From Bacilli bacterium (GTDB lineage: Bacteria; Bacillota_I; Bacilli_A; RF39; UBA660), in assembly GCA_017484205.1 (NCBI GenBank), contig JAFUTO010000013.1, positions 217 to 64,216 on the forward strand: a stretch of DNA of 64,000 nt, read 5' to 3'. Position numbers and translations under genes: made by a program. Shown here in pieces: positions 61,691-64,000 of this stretch; within the stretch, counting starts at the first letter, position 1; each line of letters begins with the position of its first letter. The notes under the pieces were generated by a model. It was not told the DNA's origin and searched no databases. It was given only the letters and a program-made list of their open reading frames with translations.

Positions 61691-61786
61691 ACAATCATCC
61701 TTACCGATATAATTATATCATAGTTTATTTTTATTGTAAATCAATATTAATTATGATAAAATGTATATAGTATGGGAGATGGGATA

Positions 61787-62302
61787 ATGGAAAAATATAT
61801 ACCAGATATATACCAAAAGAGTATATATTCAATCAACTATGATAAATTACGCAAACGTGGTATTAAATGTATCTTGTTTGATCTAGACAATACTCTTGTA
61901 CCCATAACAGTAAAAGATGTAGATGATGAGTTAAAAAATTTGATATATAAATTAAAAGATATGGGCATGAAAACAATAATTTTTTCTAATAGTTCATCTA
62001 AACGTGTAGAACAATTTAAGCAAGCATTAGAAATAGAAGGTTACTCATATACTTTCAAACCATTTGCAAAAAAAATAAATGATATATTAAAGATATATAA
62101 AGAGGATGAAATAGCTATAATTGGTGATCAAATGATAACTGATGTAGCTCTTGGTAATAAAATAGGCATTACAACTATACTAGTAAATCCAATTAGTAAA
62201 AATGATAAATTGTTAACTAAATTTAATAGAAAAAAAGAAAAACATATTATGACTAAATTAAGAAATAATAATTTATTTGTAAAAGGTAGATATTATGAAT
62301 AG
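61787..62302 (+). CDS. yqeG: YqeG HAD IIIA phosphatase
   Basis: FDLDNTL, SNS, KP, IGDQMITD; precedes yqeH. Confidence 0.9.
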   Translation: MEKYIPDIYQKSIYSINYDKLRKRGIKCILFDLDNTLVPITVKDVDDELKNLIYKLKDMGMKTIIFSNSSSKRVEQFKQALEIEGYSYTFKPFAKKINDILKIYKEDEIAIIGDQMITDVALGNKIGITTILVNPISKNDKLLTKFNRKKEKHIMTKLRNNNLFVKGRYYE

Positions 62303-63278
62303 ATGTGTAGGTTGTGGAGCGATACTTCAAGATGAAGAACCTTTAAAAGAGGGCTACGTAAAGAATATAAATTCAAGGTTATGTGAAAGATGTTTTAAAA
62401 TTCAAAATTATGGTGATTATATACCGGCTATAAAAGATGAATCTGAGTTTATACAATTATTGAAAGACATAAATAATACGAGAGATTTAGTGGTGTTAGT
62501 ATGTGATTTATTTAATTTTAATCCTAATATGGAACTTATAAATAAGTATATCACTAATGATGTAATACTAGTTTTAACTAAAAGAGACTTATTACCTAAA
62601 TCTTTATATGAAGAAAAATTACTTAATTATATAGACGATGTAAATTTACATATTGTTGATAGAATAATAATTAGTAGTAATAATAATTATCATTTTGATG
62701 AATTAATAGAAACTATAAAGAATCATAAAAAAAGCAACGATGTTTATGTTATAGGTTATACTAATGTAGGTAAATCTACAATGATTAATAAGATACTTTA
62801 TAATTATGCGGATAGCAATGATGTTATAACTACATCGCTATTGCCAAATACTACGATTGACAATATAAGTATTAAAATTGATGATGATTTAACTTTAATA
62901 GATACACCAGGTGTATTAGATAGTGGTAGTATTTATTATCAAAAAGATATCAAAGAATTAAAAAGAATTATACCTAAAAAAGAAATAAAACCAATAAGTT
63001 ATCAAATAAATAAAAAACAAAGTATTGTTGTAGAAGATTTATTTAGGATAGATTTAGAAAAAAACGATATTGTTTTGTATATGTCAAATAGATTAGACAT
63101 TAAGAGATTTTATAAAAACATAAATACAAATAATATGGATAAATATGAAATAGATATTAGCGCTAATTATGATATTGTATTATCTGGTTTAGGCTTTATA
63201 AAATTTATGAAAGATGAACATATAACTTTATATGTTATCAAAGGATTAGATGTAAAAATAAGAAAGAGTTTAATTTAG
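62295..63278 (+). CDS. yqeH: Ribosome biogenesis GTPase YqeH
   Basis: CVGCG...CERCF Zn finger, TKRD, GYTNVGKST, DTPG. Confidence 0.9.
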   Translation: MNRCVGCGAILQDEEPLKEGYVKNINSRLCERCFKIQNYGDYIPAIKDESEFIQLLKDINNTRDLVVLVCDLFNFNPNMELINKYITNDVILVLTKRDLLPKSLYEEKLLNYIDDVNLHIVDRIIISSNNNYHFDELIETIKNHKKSNDVYVIGYTNVGKSTMINKILYNYADSNDVITTSLLPNTTIDNISIKIDDDLTLIDTPGVLDSGSIYYQKDIKELKRIIPKKEIKPISYQINKKQSIVVEDLFRIDLEKNDIVLYMSNRLDIKRFYKNINTNNMDKYEIDISANYDIVLSGLGFIKFMKDEHITLYVIKGLDVKIRKSLI

Positions 63279-63287
63279 GAGGATTAT

Positions 63288-64000
63288 ATGTTAGGAAAGA
63301 TAAGAGGGATTGAGGAAAATCGTTTATTTTTAGAACTTTCAGATGAAGCTTTAGCAGCTGGTAATTTATCTAACATGTATGTTAGTATTGAAAGCCCCAA
63401 TAGTGTATGTATTGGTGAAATTGAAGAGGTTAAAGATAGAGATGCATATATTAATTTATTAGGGGAACTTATAGAAGGTAGATTTGTATTTGGTGTTATA
63501 AAAAAACCTTCGATAAATGCGAATATAAGATTAGTACCAACTGATAAGATACCAATGATTATTAGTTGTGATAATAGTGATGAATCTAAGTATTTATATT
63601 TAGGTAAAAGTCCAGTATATGATGGTGTAGATATAAATGTCCCAGTAAATGCATTTTTTAGTAATCATTTCGCGGTATTTGGTTCTACTGGATCAGGTAA
63701 GTCATGTTCTGTATCACGTTTATTTCAAAACTTATTTACGAAACAAAATGCGATTCCTTATAAATCAACTATATTAATGTTTGATGCTTATGGAGAATAT
63801 CATCCTGCATTTGAAAGATTAAATGAGGTAGTACCTGAGATTACATTTAAGTCATATACGACAAATACTAATTTCAGTGACACAGAAATTGTTAAAATAC
63901 CTTTATGGTTATTAAGTACCGATGATTTAGCTTTACTATTAGGTGTTGAATCACATGGTCAACTTCCTATTATTGAAAAAGCATTGAAAATAGTTAATAT
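63288..64000 (+). CDS. HerA/DUF87-family ATPase (runs off window end)
   Basis: GGAGG RBS; MLGKIRGIE..., FSNHFAVFGSTGSGKSC, FDAYGEY, IPLWLL; paralog of the 8217 protein. Confidence 0.85.
   Translation, partial: MLGKIRGIEENRLFLELSDEALAAGNLSNMYVSIESPNSVCIGEIEEVKDRDAYINLLGELIEGRFVFGVIKKPSINANIRLVPTDKIPMIISCDNSDESKYLYLGKSPVYDGVDINVPVNAFFSNHFAVFGSTGSGKSCSVSRLFQNLFTKQNAIPYKSTILMFDAYGEYHPAFERLNEVVPEITFKSYTTNTNFSDTEIVKIPLWLLSTDDLALLLGVESHGQLPIIEKALKIVN

Noticed and set aside
60567-64000. Sir2-HerA anti-phage system
   Set aside because: The sirtuin is a canonical Zn-binding CobB deacylase on the opposite strand, separated from the HerA gene by the pilin-like gene and yqeG-yqeH.

Overview
Very AT-rich chromosome segment of a low-GC Gram-positive bacterium using standard code 11. 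Gene content suggests an uncultured RF39-like Bacilli lineage (inference only). The left flank (1-18318) and right flank (60039-64000) are host chromosome: hemW, tmk, rpsB-tsf, tcdA, ffh, mazEF, two VanY-like D,D-carboxypeptidases, cobB, yqeG-yqeH and two HerA-like ATPases. Between them lies a complete ~41.7 kb integrative conjugative element (18319-60038) inserted in a dacF-like D-Ala-D-Ala carboxypeptidase gene. A large serine recombinase sits at the left end. The shared core AATAC[A/T]AATAAA and the attP inverted arms are readable at both junctions, and precise excision would rebuild a 379-aa enzyme. The element encodes a MobL-type relaxase with RHH helpers and a candidate oriT, VirB2/B3/B4/B6/D4-like proteins, an M23 hydrolase and a giant methylase-SNF2 helicase. 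Unusual modules are: a SipW/TasA-like fibre operon joined to a thioester adhesin and sortase at the head of the transfer region; a YbfG-like hydrolase, membrane protein and holin module between inverted 32-bp repeats; two divergent secreted paralogs behind an identical 80-bp leader next to an ABC transporter; two duplicated sigma-region-4 regulatory units with RBS-occluding hairpins; and a SigE/SigK-like sigma factor abutting attR. No rRNA, tRNA or CRISPR array was seen.
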